Source: an uncultured Nitrospiraceae bacterium (GTDB lineage Bacteria; Nitrospirota; Thermodesulfovibrionia; Thermodesulfovibrionales; Dissulfurispiraceae). From it: a stretch of DNA of 64,000 nt. Shown here one piece after another: positions 9,513 through 18,818 of the stretch. Below the pieces are notes generated by a model. That model was given only the letters and a program-made list of their open reading frames with translations. It was not told the origin of the DNA and made no database searches. Numbering within the stretch: the first letter of the stretch is position 1; the number at the start of each line of letters is the position of its first letter. The DNA is taken from the NCBI GenBank assembly GCA_963705105.1, contig CAVPIW010000006.1:736001-800000 (forward strand), read 5' to 3'. Position numbers and translations under genes: made by a program.

Positions 9513-10997
9513 ATGAAAGCGCTCCTCATTTACCCTGAATTCCCGGATACCTTCTGGAGTTTCAGGTATGCTCTGAAATTCATTCACAGAAAGGCGAGCA
9601 GTCCGCCCCTCGGATTGCTGACCATTGCTGCGATGCTTCCTGAGGAGTGGGAAAAAAAACTGGTCGACATGAATGTGAAAAGCCTGCATGACGATGACCT
9701 GAGATGGGCTGACCTCGTCTTTGTAAGCGCCATGTCCGTCCAGAAAGAATCGGCGAAAGGAGTGATAGCGAGATGCAAGGCAGGGGGCGTGAGGATTGTC
9801 GCCGGCGGTCCTCTTTTCACGACCGAATATGAGGCCTTCGGGGATGTCGACCACCTGGTACTGAACGAGGCCGAAATCACCTTGCCCCGTTTCCTGGAGG
9901 ATTTCCGGAATGGAGCTGCCGGCCCTTTCTATACCACTGATCAGTGGGCGGATATAGGTCAGACGCCCATTCCGCTCTGGGGGCTTATTGATATGAAGCA
10001 CTATGCCTCAATCAATATCCAGTATTCCCGGGGGTGCCCCTTCAACTGCGAGTTTTGTGACATTACCCTGCTCTGCGGTCGCAGGCCCCGCACAAAAGAT
10101 AAGGACCAGATCATCAGGGAGCTTGAGAGTGTGTACGCGTCGGGGTTCAGGGGACAGGTTTTCTTTGTTGACGACAATTTTATCGGGAACAAGAAAAAGC
10201 TGAAAGAGGAGATCCTCCCTGCCGTCATCGAATGGATGGAGAGGAAACGGCATCCCTTCACCTTCAACACGCAGGTATCCATAGAACTGGCGGATCATAA
10301 AGACCTTATGGAGATGATGGTCAGGGCAGGATTCGATGTCGTCTTCGTCGGCATCGAGACCCCCCATGAGCAGAGCCTGGCGGAATGCAGCAAATTCCAG
10401 AACAAGAACCGCGATCTCCTCGCCAGTGTCAGGAAGATCCAGAAGTCGGGCATCGAGGTGCAGGGAGGATTCATTATCGGTTTCGACAACGACCCCCCTA
10501 CGATTTTCGACGACCAGATCAGGTTCATCCAGGCGAGCGGCGTCGTCACGGCCATGGTCGGCATTCTCATCGCCCTTCCGCGCACGCAGCTCTACGAGAG
10601 GCTCAAAAAGGAGCGGCGGCTGCTGAAAGAGACCTCGGGGAACAACACGGATTTCTCGACGAATTTCATCCCCCGGATGGACTATGACAAGCTGATCAGC
10701 GGCTACAAGAAGGTCCTCAGCACCCTGTATTCGCCAAGGCAGTACTATGAAAGGGTCAGGACATTCCTGAGAGAGTACGTCCCCCCGCAGAAAAAGTTGT
10801 TTCATTTCCGTTTCAACTACATCGCCGCATTCATCAGGTCCATCATTCTTCTGGGGATCATCGGAAAAGAGAGGTTCCATTATTGGAGGCTTCTGCTCTG
10901 GACCATGTTTACCCGCCCCCGCCTCGTTCCGCAGGCCGTTACCCTCTCGATCTACGGTTTCCATTTCCGGAAGGTTTTTGAGAAACGCCTTGGTTGA
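9513..10997 (+). CDS. B12-binding radical SAM protein (DUF4070 type)
   Basis: PPLGLLTIAA; SRGCPFNCEFC (CxxxCxxC). Confidence 0.92.
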   Translation: MKALLIYPEFPDTFWSFRYALKFIHRKASSPPLGLLTIAAMLPEEWEKKLVDMNVKSLHDDDLRWADLVFVSAMSVQKESAKGVIARCKAGGVRIVAGGPLFTTEYEAFGDVDHLVLNEAEITLPRFLEDFRNGAAGPFYTTDQWADIGQTPIPLWGLIDMKHYASINIQYSRGCPFNCEFCDITLLCGRRPRTKDKDQIIRELESVYASGFRGQVFFVDDNFIGNKKKLKEEILPAVIEWMERKRHPFTFNTQVSIELADHKDLMEMMVRAGFDVVFVGIETPHEQSLAECSKFQNKNRDLLASVRKIQKSGIEVQGGFIIGFDNDPPTIFDDQIRFIQASGVVTAMVGILIALPRTQLYERLKKERRLLKETSGNNTDFSTNFIPRMDYDKLISGYKKVLSTLYSPRQYYERVRTFLREYVPPQKKLFHFRFNYIAAFIRSIILLGIIGKERFHYWRLLLWTMFTRPRLVPQAVTLSIYGFHFRKVFEKRLG

Positions 10998-11044
10998 AGG
11001 TGAAAGGGAAGAACTAAAAGGCAACCTGAGGTGAAGAGGGGAAA

Positions 11045-12979
11045 ATGTCAGACCATGCAAGGATTCAATACGATGTCAGCACACTGACAGAGCATGACAT
11101 TTATTTGTTTAAAGAGGGGAATCATTTCAGGCTCTATGAAAAGTTCGGCTCTCATCTGATGACAGTGAATGGTCAAAAAGGCGTCCACTTTGCAGTCTGG
11201 GCGCCAAATGCCGCAGAGGTATCTGTTACCGGCGATTTTAACGAGTGGAACAAGGGCTCTCACCCCTTGAAGGTCAGGACGGATGATACAGGAATTTGGG
11301 AGGGCTTTATTTCTGGAATCGGCAAAGATGTCCTCTACAAGTATCATATTGTCTCGCGGTATAAAGGCTATCAGGCCGATAAAGGAGACCCCTTTGCTTT
11401 TCTCTGGCAGGGTGCTCCGAAGACAGCCTCTGTTGTGTCGGATTTGGATTACGAATGGCAGGATGCGGATTGGATGAAAAGCCGCCGAAAAAACAATTCT
11501 TTGTCTTCGCCTGTCTCAGTGTATGAAATGCACCCGGGGTCATGGAGAAGAGTGCCCGAAGAAGACAACCGGCCACTGAGCTATCTGGAAATGGCAGAAT
11601 ATCTCCCCGGATATGTCAAAGAAATGGGGTTTACGCATGTTGAGTTTACGCCGATCATGGAGCACCCGTTTTACGGCTCATGGGGGTATCAGACTACAGG
11701 GTATTTTGCTCCTACGAGCCGGTACGGAAAACCTCAGGACTTTATGTTTCTTATCGACTGTCTTCATCGGAATGGCCTCGGGGTAATCCTTGATTGGGTC
11801 CCTTCAAATTTTCCTGACGACCTTCACGGCCTGGTCTTTTTTGACGGGACCCATCTGTATGAACATGCGGACCCTATGAAAGGTTTTCATCCTGACTGGA
11901 ATAGTTATATATTCAACTACAGCCGTAATGAGGTGAGGGGCTTTCTTGGAAGTAGCGCTATATTCTGGATCGAGAAATATCATGCAGATGGGTTAAGGAT
12001 TGACGCAGTGGCGTCGATGTTATATCTCGACTATGGCAGAGAGGAAGGGAAATGGATCCCGAACTCATATGGGGGAAAAGAGAATATTGAAGCGATTTTG
12101 TTCCTGAGAAAACTGAATGAAGAGGTTTATAGGAAGTTTCCCGAGGTCCAGACCATTGCAGAGGAATCGACAGCCTGGCCGATGGTGTCACGACCGACTT
12201 ATACGGGAGGTCTCGGCTTCGGCATGAAGTGGAACATGGGCTGGATGCACGATATCCTGGATTATTTCTCTAATGATCCGGTTTTCAGAAAGTATCGCCA
12301 TAATCAGCTTATCTTCAGCATGATATATGCCTTTTCTGAAAACTTTATGCTTTCTCTTTCTCATGACGAAGTGGTATATGGAAAGGGGTCTCTGCTGAAC
12401 AAGATGCCGGGAGAGGACTGGCAAAAATTTGCCAACCTGCGACTTTTGCTGGGATATATGTTTGCGCATCCAGGGAAAAAACTTTTATTTATGGGAGGCG
12501 AGTTCGGTCAGCGGAGGGAATGGACCCATGAAGACAGCCTGGACTGGCATCTCCTTCAATTTCCATGGCACCAGGGGGTTCAAAACTGGGTAAAACATCT
12601 GCACATTCTCTACAAAGGGGAACCTGCTTTGCACGAGATTGACTTTGAACCTGAAGGTTTTGAGTGGGTGGACTGCACAGACTGGGAAAAAAGTATTATC
12701 AGCTTTCTCAGAAAAGGAAAGACCCCGGATGACTTCATACTGGTCGTCTGCAATTTTACTCCGGTTCTACGATACGACTACAGAGTTGGAGTCCCGGCAG
12801 GAGGATACTGGAAAGAGGTGCTAAACAGCGATGCCGGTCAATACGGGGGGAGCGACCACGGCAATCTCGGAGGTGTCGACGCAACGTCAGTGCCGTATCA
12901 TGGAAGAAGTTATTCTCTTCCCTTAATTGTGCCGCCGCTCGGTATTATTTTTTTCAAGAACGAGGGGCATAGAGCTTGA
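11045..12979 (+). CDS. glgB: 1,4-alpha-glucan branching enzyme
   Basis: FAVWAPNA, SWGYQ, DGLRIDAVASMLY, IAEESTAW, LSHDEVV. Confidence 0.96.
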   Translation: MSDHARIQYDVSTLTEHDIYLFKEGNHFRLYEKFGSHLMTVNGQKGVHFAVWAPNAAEVSVTGDFNEWNKGSHPLKVRTDDTGIWEGFISGIGKDVLYKYHIVSRYKGYQADKGDPFAFLWQGAPKTASVVSDLDYEWQDADWMKSRRKNNSLSSPVSVYEMHPGSWRRVPEEDNRPLSYLEMAEYLPGYVKEMGFTHVEFTPIMEHPFYGSWGYQTTGYFAPTSRYGKPQDFMFLIDCLHRNGLGVILDWVPSNFPDDLHGLVFFDGTHLYEHADPMKGFHPDWNSYIFNYSRNEVRGFLGSSAIFWIEKYHADGLRIDAVASMLYLDYGREEGKWIPNSYGGKENIEAILFLRKLNEEVYRKFPEVQTIAEESTAWPMVSRPTYTGGLGFGMKWNMGWMHDILDYFSNDPVFRKYRHNQLIFSMIYAFSENFMLSLSHDEVVYGKGSLLNKMPGEDWQKFANLRLLLGYMFAHPGKKLLFMGGEFGQRREWTHEDSLDWHLLQFPWHQGVQNWVKHLHILYKGEPALHEIDFEPEGFEWVDCTDWEKSIISFLRKGKTPDDFILVVCNFTPVLRYDYRVGVPAGGYWKEVLNSDAGQYGGSDHGNLGGVDATSVPYHGRSYSLPLIVPPLGIIFFKNEGHRA

Positions 12980-13016
12980 AAATCGGCATACAATGTTGCG
13001 GGATTAGCAAATAGGA

Positions 13017-15587
13017 TTGCATGGACACGATAAAGGACAGATTCCCACGAGGCGAATAACAACTTTGGATGATCATCCCCCTTTTTGGAGCATCCCTGCC
13101 TCTGAACTTCTTCAGCAGTTGCAGACGACCTCACGGGGATTGACGAGCGAAGAGGCCCGCAGGCGCGTCACGCAGTACGGGGCCAATCTCCTCAAGCCCA
13201 AGAAAAGAGCGGATGCGCTCTCTCTCCTCATTTCTCAATTCAAGAGCCCGATCATCCTGATCCTGATCTTTGCCTCAGTGCTGTCCTATTTCCTGCACAA
13301 CCCCGTGGATGCCGTCATCATCTCCGCGATTGTCCTCGTCAGCGGTCTCCTCGGCTTCTGGCAGGAAAGGGGGGCGACGAATGCAATTGAAAGGTTGCTG
13401 TCGATCGTGCAGATCAAGGCTGAGGTCATGCGCGATGGCGCCCTGAAAGATATTCCCGTTGAGGAGATCGTGCCCGGAGATATCGTCTCCTTCAACGCCG
13501 GGGATGTCATTCCGGGAGACTGTCTGATCCTCGAATCCAGAGTTCTCTTTGTGGATGAGGCATCTCTGACAGGCGAGACCTACCCTCAAGATAAAATATC
13601 CGGTCTACTGCCGCGGCAAACTCCGCTGGCAAAAAGGACCAACACTCTTTTTATGGGGACGCACGTCGTCAGCGGCACTGCGAGCGCAGTGGTCGTACTC
13701 ACAGGAAGGGAGACCGAATTCGGCAAGGTTTCCGAACGGCTCGTGCTCAGACCTCCGGAGACGGAATTTGAGCGCGGTGTGAGGCAGTTCGGCTACCTGC
13801 TCATGGAAGTCACACTGCTGCTGGTCATTGCCATTTTTGGCTTCAACGTATACCTGGCCCGTCCTGTCCTGGACTCGTTTCTTTTTGCGTTGGCACTCGC
13901 CGTCGGATTGACCCCGCAGCTTCTGCCGGCCATTATCATGGTCAATCTTGCCCATGGAGCAAAAGGCATGGCGCTCAAAAAGGTAATCGTGAAACGCCTC
14001 GCCTCTATCGAGAACTTCGGCAGTATGAACGTCCTGTGCTCTGATAAAACAGGCACTCTGACCGAAGGTGTGGTGCGCGTCCGCTCCGCTCTTGACCTCG
14101 AGGGCAATGAAAGCGAAAAAGTATTGCTCTATGCCTATCTCAATTCTTTTTACGAAACAGGGTTTGCAAACCCTATTGATGAAGCAATACGCGCCTATGG
14201 GAAGTTCGATGTCTCGGCCTGGCAAAAGCTTGATGAGGAGCCGTACGATTTTGTTCGCAAACGCCTGAGCATCCTGGTCTCTCACGGCGATACGCATCGT
14301 ATGATTACGAAAGGAGCGTTGAAGAATGTACTCGCCGCCTGCTCAACGGCGGAAACTTCGGGTGGGACCGTCGTGGATATGTCCGAAATACAGGACAAGG
14401 TTCAATCCCATTTTGAGGAATTCAGCAGCCAGGGCTTTCGCACAATGGGGATTGCATACCGGGATGTCGGTTCTGCCCCGCATATCACAAAAGACCACGA
14501 AGCCGGCATGACGTTTTTGGGATTCCTTGTCCTGTTCGATCCGGTCAAATCAAGCATCGCCGGGACTATCGCAGATCTCCGTCACCTTGGCGTTTCACTG
14601 AAAATCATTACCGGGGATAATCGCCTGGTCGCTGCCCATGTGGGACAACAGGTCGGGTTATCGGACCCGGGGATCCTCACCGGCCCGGACCTCCGGATGA
14701 TGAGCGATGGAGCGCTGCAGAAAAAAGTAAACGAAGTGCATGTTTTCGCAGAGGTAGAACCCAACCAGAAAGAGCGCATCATTCTTGCCTTGAAAAAGGC
14801 AAAAAACGTTGTCGGTTATATGGGAGACGGCATAAACGACGCATCGGCACTCCATACGGCCGATATAGGCATATCAGTGGATAGCGCCGTTGATGTTGCC
14901 AAGGATGCGGCAGACATTGTGCTCCTCGAAAAAGACCTTGGGGTCCTTGTGCAGGGAGTGCGGGAAGGGAGGACGACTTTTGCCAACACCCTCAAGTATG
15001 TATTCATGGCAACAAGCGCCAATTTCGGCAATATGTTCAGCATGGCAGGGGCGTCTCTTTTCCTCCCCTTTCTTCCTCTCCTGCCCAAGCAGATCCTGCT
15101 TACCAATTTGCTGACGGATTTTCCGGAAATGGCCATTGCCACAGACAATGTGGACAAGGAGTTGGTCGAAAGTCCCCGTCGGTGGAACATGAGATTTATA
15201 CGGAGGTTTATGATGACCTTCGGTCTTTTGAGTTCCATCTTCGACTATCTCACCTTCGGCGTCTTACTATTGATTCTCCATGCCTCTCCGGAGGAATTCA
15301 GAACCGGCTGGTTTGTGGAGTCCGTCATCTCTGCATCGCTGGTTGTGCTCGTTGTCCGCACAAGGGGCCCCTTTTTCAAAAGCAGGCCGGGGAAATATCT
15401 GTTCACGGCGACACTGCTGATCGTTGGCGTTACGCTGATCCTGCCCTTCCTTCCGATTGGAGGAAGGCTCTTTGGATTTACCCCGTTACCAATCTCTTTT
15501 CTCGTCCTCATGGGAGTCATTGTCGCGTCCTACATCGCTGCAGCCGAAGCGACAAAAAGGGTGTTTTACAACAAAGTCAATTTCTGA
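13017..15587 (+). CDS. mgtA: Magnesium-translocating P-type ATPase (start uncertain)
   Basis: LTGET, DKTGTLT, YMGDGIND, TSANFGNMFS. Confidence 0.92.
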   Translation: MHGHDKGQIPTRRITTLDDHPPFWSIPASELLQQLQTTSRGLTSEEARRRVTQYGANLLKPKKRADALSLLISQFKSPIILILIFASVLSYFLHNPVDAVIISAIVLVSGLLGFWQERGATNAIERLLSIVQIKAEVMRDGALKDIPVEEIVPGDIVSFNAGDVIPGDCLILESRVLFVDEASLTGETYPQDKISGLLPRQTPLAKRTNTLFMGTHVVSGTASAVVVLTGRETEFGKVSERLVLRPPETEFERGVRQFGYLLMEVTLLLVIAIFGFNVYLARPVLDSFLFALALAVGLTPQLLPAIIMVNLAHGAKGMALKKVIVKRLASIENFGSMNVLCSDKTGTLTEGVVRVRSALDLEGNESEKVLLYAYLNSFYETGFANPIDEAIRAYGKFDVSAWQKLDEEPYDFVRKRLSILVSHGDTHRMITKGALKNVLAACSTAETSGGTVVDMSEIQDKVQSHFEEFSSQGFRTMGIAYRDVGSAPHITKDHEAGMTFLGFLVLFDPVKSSIAGTIADLRHLGVSLKIITGDNRLVAAHVGQQVGLSDPGILTGPDLRMMSDGALQKKVNEVHVFAEVEPNQKERIILALKKAKNVVGYMGDGINDASALHTADIGISVDSAVDVAKDAADIVLLEKDLGVLVQGVREGRTTFANTLKYVFMATSANFGNMFSMAGASLFLPFLPLLPKQILLTNLLTDFPEMAIATDNVDKELVESPRRWNMRFIRRFMMTFGLLSSIFDYLTFGVLLLILHASPEEFRTGWFVESVISASLVVLVVRTRGPFFKSRPGKYLFTATLLIVGVTLILPFLPIGGRLFGFTPLPISFLVLMGVIVASYIAAAEATKRVFYNKVNF

Positions 15588-15632
15588 GAATGAGGGAAGC
15601 CGGATTGCTCTCCTTTCCCTCCGCGGCGCAAA

Positions 15633-15890
15633 CCTAACAGTTGTATATGCCATCAGGAAAGGCGGGGTGAAGGCGCCGAATAGCCTCGGTGCTAAGACAC
15701 CTGACCAATCGCCGGACCACCGTTTAAGGGCAATGCAGAACAAACACGAATGGAATCGTGTAGGGGCCGTTCCCCGAACGGCCTGGCATCGATGAAGCGG
15801 TCTGCTCGAGGAGCAGACCCTACATTAATCATTGTCGCAACCTGCAGGGCTTTGAGGCGCTTCGCCCCGCCTTTCTATGCAACTGAAAGG
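15633..15890. mobile_element. MITE-like element carrying a GTAG REP hairpin
   Basis: GAAAGGCGGGG ... CCCCGCCTTTCTATGCAACTGAAAGG ends. Confidence 0.7.
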
Positions 15891-15891
15891 T

Positions 15892-16956
15892 TTATCGTCC
15901 CGGCTGAGGCGTCTTTGCGCGAATCGACCGGATGGCCCGTGCTGCCCGTTCCGCCGTGACGGCATCAGCCGATTCAGAGGCCTTGATGAGGTAGGGTAAA
16001 GCCTGCGGTCCGAACGACACGAGCAGCCGCTCCGCTTCGTTTGCAAGAAGGGTGTCCTTGTCCGAGAGCATCCGTATCAGCACCGGGATGTCGGCGCCGG
16101 TCAGCTCCTGCCGGGCAACGGCGCGCAGCTCCTGTTCCGCCTCTGCCTTCGCCTTCTGTCGGGACGCCTGTTTCCTGATGATGTCTGCAATCTCGCGGTA
16201 GCGGCCGTCCCCGTGGGAGTCACCAAAGGCAGGCGCCGCCTTTTTCTCCGCCTGCTGCAGGGATTCCTTCGCCGGTCCCGGGGCCCTTGCCCTGGCCGGC
16301 GCTGCAGGCTCCGTCCGTCCCACGGCGTTGTCAGCGGAGCGACCTGCGACGGGTGGAGGCGCCGCCTTGGCAGCGAGCTGCTCATATTTCATATCCTGCA
16401 GAGGTTTCTGCGGTGCGTCGCCCTCATCCTTGGGTCGCTGGCTTTCGTCGCTGCGCTGAGCGGTGGGAGGCGCCTCTGGCGCCGCAGGTGGTTCGGCTTT
16501 CCGCGATTCGGCCGGCGGCTGCCTGACTTCTCGCCGTGACACAGGGGGTTCCTGCTTCATGGCCTGTTCGACCCTTTCCGTCAGGGCCGGAGGCTGTGCC
16601 TGCCGTTGGAGCGTCGTGTCCGTGCTATACAACTGAAGGGCCAGCAGCACCATCGCCGCAGCAGCCATCGCTTCCAGGGGAACCTTTATATGGAGCGGGT
16701 GGAGCAGCCTCTGCCAAAGGTTCTTCTTCGTCCCCGCCTCTGCCCGGATGGATGTCATGATCCTGTCCCTGAGCCACGGCGGAGGGATCTCTTCCGGCAT
16801 GGCCCTCAGGTGCTCCACGGCGGCCGTGAACTCCCGGAAGGCGGCGCTGCATTCGGGGCACCGGGATAGATGCCCTTCGACCTCGTCGCGCTCGTTGCCC
16901 GTCAGTTCGCCGTCGACGAAAAGAGAGAGTCTCGTCAGCACATCCTCACATTTCAC
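15892..16956 (-). CDS. Zinc-finger (zf-HC2) anti-sigma factor with C-terminal HEAT-like repeat
   Basis: HLSRCPEC, one TM segment, Pro/Ala linker, ALPYLIKA; GTG start overlaps the sigma stop. Confidence 0.85.
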   Translation of the reverse strand: MKCEDVLTRLSLFVDGELTGNERDEVEGHLSRCPECSAAFREFTAAVEHLRAMPEEIPPPWLRDRIMTSIRAEAGTKKNLWQRLLHPLHIKVPLEAMAAAAMVLLALQLYSTDTTLQRQAQPPALTERVEQAMKQEPPVSRREVRQPPAESRKAEPPAAPEAPPTAQRSDESQRPKDEGDAPQKPLQDMKYEQLAAKAAPPPVAGRSADNAVGRTEPAAPARARAPGPAKESLQQAEKKAAPAFGDSHGDGRYREIADIIRKQASRQKAKAEAEQELRAVARQELTGADIPVLIRMLSDKDTLLANEAERLLVSFGPQALPYLIKASESADAVTAERAARAIRSIRAKTPQPGR

Positions 16957-17561
16957 AGCGCCCCTCCCAGAAGCCTTTTCAGGCACTCCCTCACCATGTC
17001 CCTCCCCCTGGACACCCGGGACTTCACCGTTCCCATGGACACCCCCATGATGCGGGACATCTCGTCATAAGAAAAACCGTTGACATCGCGGAGCACAACG
17101 GCCTCCCTGAAGTTTTCGGGAAGCCCGCCAAGGCATCGTTCCACACCCATCCGCACCTCCTTCCGCTCGAGTCTCTCGGCGGGGGAAGGGTCGCCCGAGG
17201 CGATGTCGATCATGACGGCCCCGTCTTCCCTTTCCACGACACCGCCGATCGGCAACGAGTCGCGCGTTCCCGAAGAGACGATTCTTCGCATGCGGCTTCT
17301 CGTGCAGTTGAGCACGATGCTGCAGAGCCATGTGGAGAACTGCGCCTTCCCTTTGAACGTGCCCAGCGAACGGTACGCCGAGATGAAAGCGTCCTGCACG
17401 GCCTCGCAGGCCTCCTCGCGGTCCCCGAGCATCCTGTACGAGATAGTCAGCATCTTTCCCTGGTACTTTTCGACGAGGATACCGAAGGCGTCGATGTCCC
17501 CGCCAAGGACGGCACTGATCACAGCCATGTCATCGTCGGTGGACTGTTCAGAGGTCTCCAT
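16953..17561 (-). CDS. ECF RNA polymerase sigma factor
   Basis: VQDAFI, FSTWL, FSYDEMS, GTVKSRVSRGR. Confidence 0.93.
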   Translation of the reverse strand: METSEQSTDDDMAVISAVLGGDIDAFGILVEKYQGKMLTISYRMLGDREEACEAVQDAFISAYRSLGTFKGKAQFSTWLCSIVLNCTRSRMRRIVSSGTRDSLPIGGVVEREDGAVMIDIASGDPSPAERLERKEVRMGVERCLGGLPENFREAVVLRDVNGFSYDEMSRIMGVSMGTVKSRVSRGRDMVRECLKRLLGGAL

Positions 17562-17783
17562 ACTTTAGATACTTTAATCGATTGTTTTGTTCCAGGCAAC
17601 ACATGGGCGGACGGACCCCTTTGCAGCTGCATAAAAAGGCAGGGCAACGTGCTCTGAAAAATAGTGTCAGTGACAGTGAAAGGAATAGTTCTTATATCTA
17701 CGCTGCCTGCGGGAAGGCTCATGAAGCGACGGACTCGACTTTTTCGCTCAATTGCGGTAGCCTGATAAGAGGAGGTCACAGCC

Positions 17784-17984
17784 ATGAAACATGCGCACAC
17801 ATATGAGCCGGTGTCTCACCACGGCGTCACAGCCGAGCTGATGGACCTGGGCATCAGGGCCGCCGAGATGAGGAAATGCGGGACCTGTCAAAAGGTGATG
17901 CCCTTCGTGCAGACGAAAAAGGGAGAATGGTTTCCGCTCTTTGACGACATCGAGACCGATGAAAAGGACATCCTCATGGCGTAA
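17784..17984 (+). CDS. Small hypothetical protein with CxxC
   Basis: GGAGG RBS; KCGTCQK. Confidence 0.65.
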   Translation: MKHAHTYEPVSHHGVTAELMDLGIRAAEMRKCGTCQKVMPFVQTKKGEWFPLFDDIETDEKDILMA

Positions 17985-18104
17985 AGAAAGTGTTGGTGTG
18001 AGTGTCAGTGCGAGTGAAGGAATATCTTGAGAAGAGTGTCCGTGTAAGTGATTGTAAGGATAATTTCGAAGTTAGCCGTGAAGACCTCAAGAAAGCTCTC
18101 ATGT

Positions 18105-18162
18105 GTCATTCCCGCTTGCCGGGAATCTTTCTCAAGAAGGATCCCGGACGAGCCGGGATGAC
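18105..18162. repeat. GTCATTCCC-type REP doublet
   Basis: GTCATTCCCGCTTGCCGGGAATC ... GATCCCGGACGAGCCGGGATGAC. Confidence 0.7.
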
Positions 18163-18198
18163 AATATCGGAACCAAGCGGGTATCCAGACTAAAAGAA

Positions 18199-18359
18199 GA
18201 CGGCCTCGTAAAAAGTCCTGCAAATGGGCTTATCCGTCATTCCCGTGCAGACGGGAATCCAGTCCTTTCAGGTTGTTATTTGTACTCTGGATACCCGCTC
18301 CCCGCTTACTATCCGCAGGGACAAGTTTCGCGGGTATGACGACTTTTTTCGAGGCCGTC
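18199..18359. mobile_element. Second-family MITE with 19-bp terminal inverted repeats enclosing a REP doublet
   Basis: GACGGCCTCGTAAAAAGTC / GACTTTTTTCGAGGCCGTC. Confidence 0.7.
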
Positions 18360-18655
18360 AAGGATATTTTTAGAGTTCACTGTGACGACCTTTTAAACAG
18401 GCCCACACACACACCTCAGCCCGATCGGCAACCGCCCCCCCCAATAAGCTGCGTGATATCTCGCAGTTCAGCGTGATATCCCTCATGACGACACTCCTGT
18501 GGTAACTGCCTGAAATATTAATCATAAAAACACTTGCCCCTCCGCAGCCGATCGGACGTGTCCGGCAATCAATACAAAAAGGGTCTCACGGACAGACAGG
18601 ACGAAAGAAATATATTTTGCCTGTATATCAGTAAGTTTTGTTCATCCTGCCGACA

Positions 18656-18670
18656 TGGTATCGGTCTTGC
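18656..18670 (+). promoter_or_regulatory. Candidate sigma54 promoter
   Basis: TGGTAT-CGGTC-TTGC; palindromic GATATC repeats upstream at 18449-18480. Confidence 0.6.
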
Positions 18671-18818
18671 TTGCAAAGGACAGGAAAGCTGTAACACAAA
18701 CCAGATAGCGGGTCCACAATGCGGTGTGCCAAAAAGGAGGTGACAGGATTTACGGCGGTGGGACCGGGATCGGATGATCATAGCAGACATTAATAACAAT
18801 TAGGAGGAGAAGAGGCTT

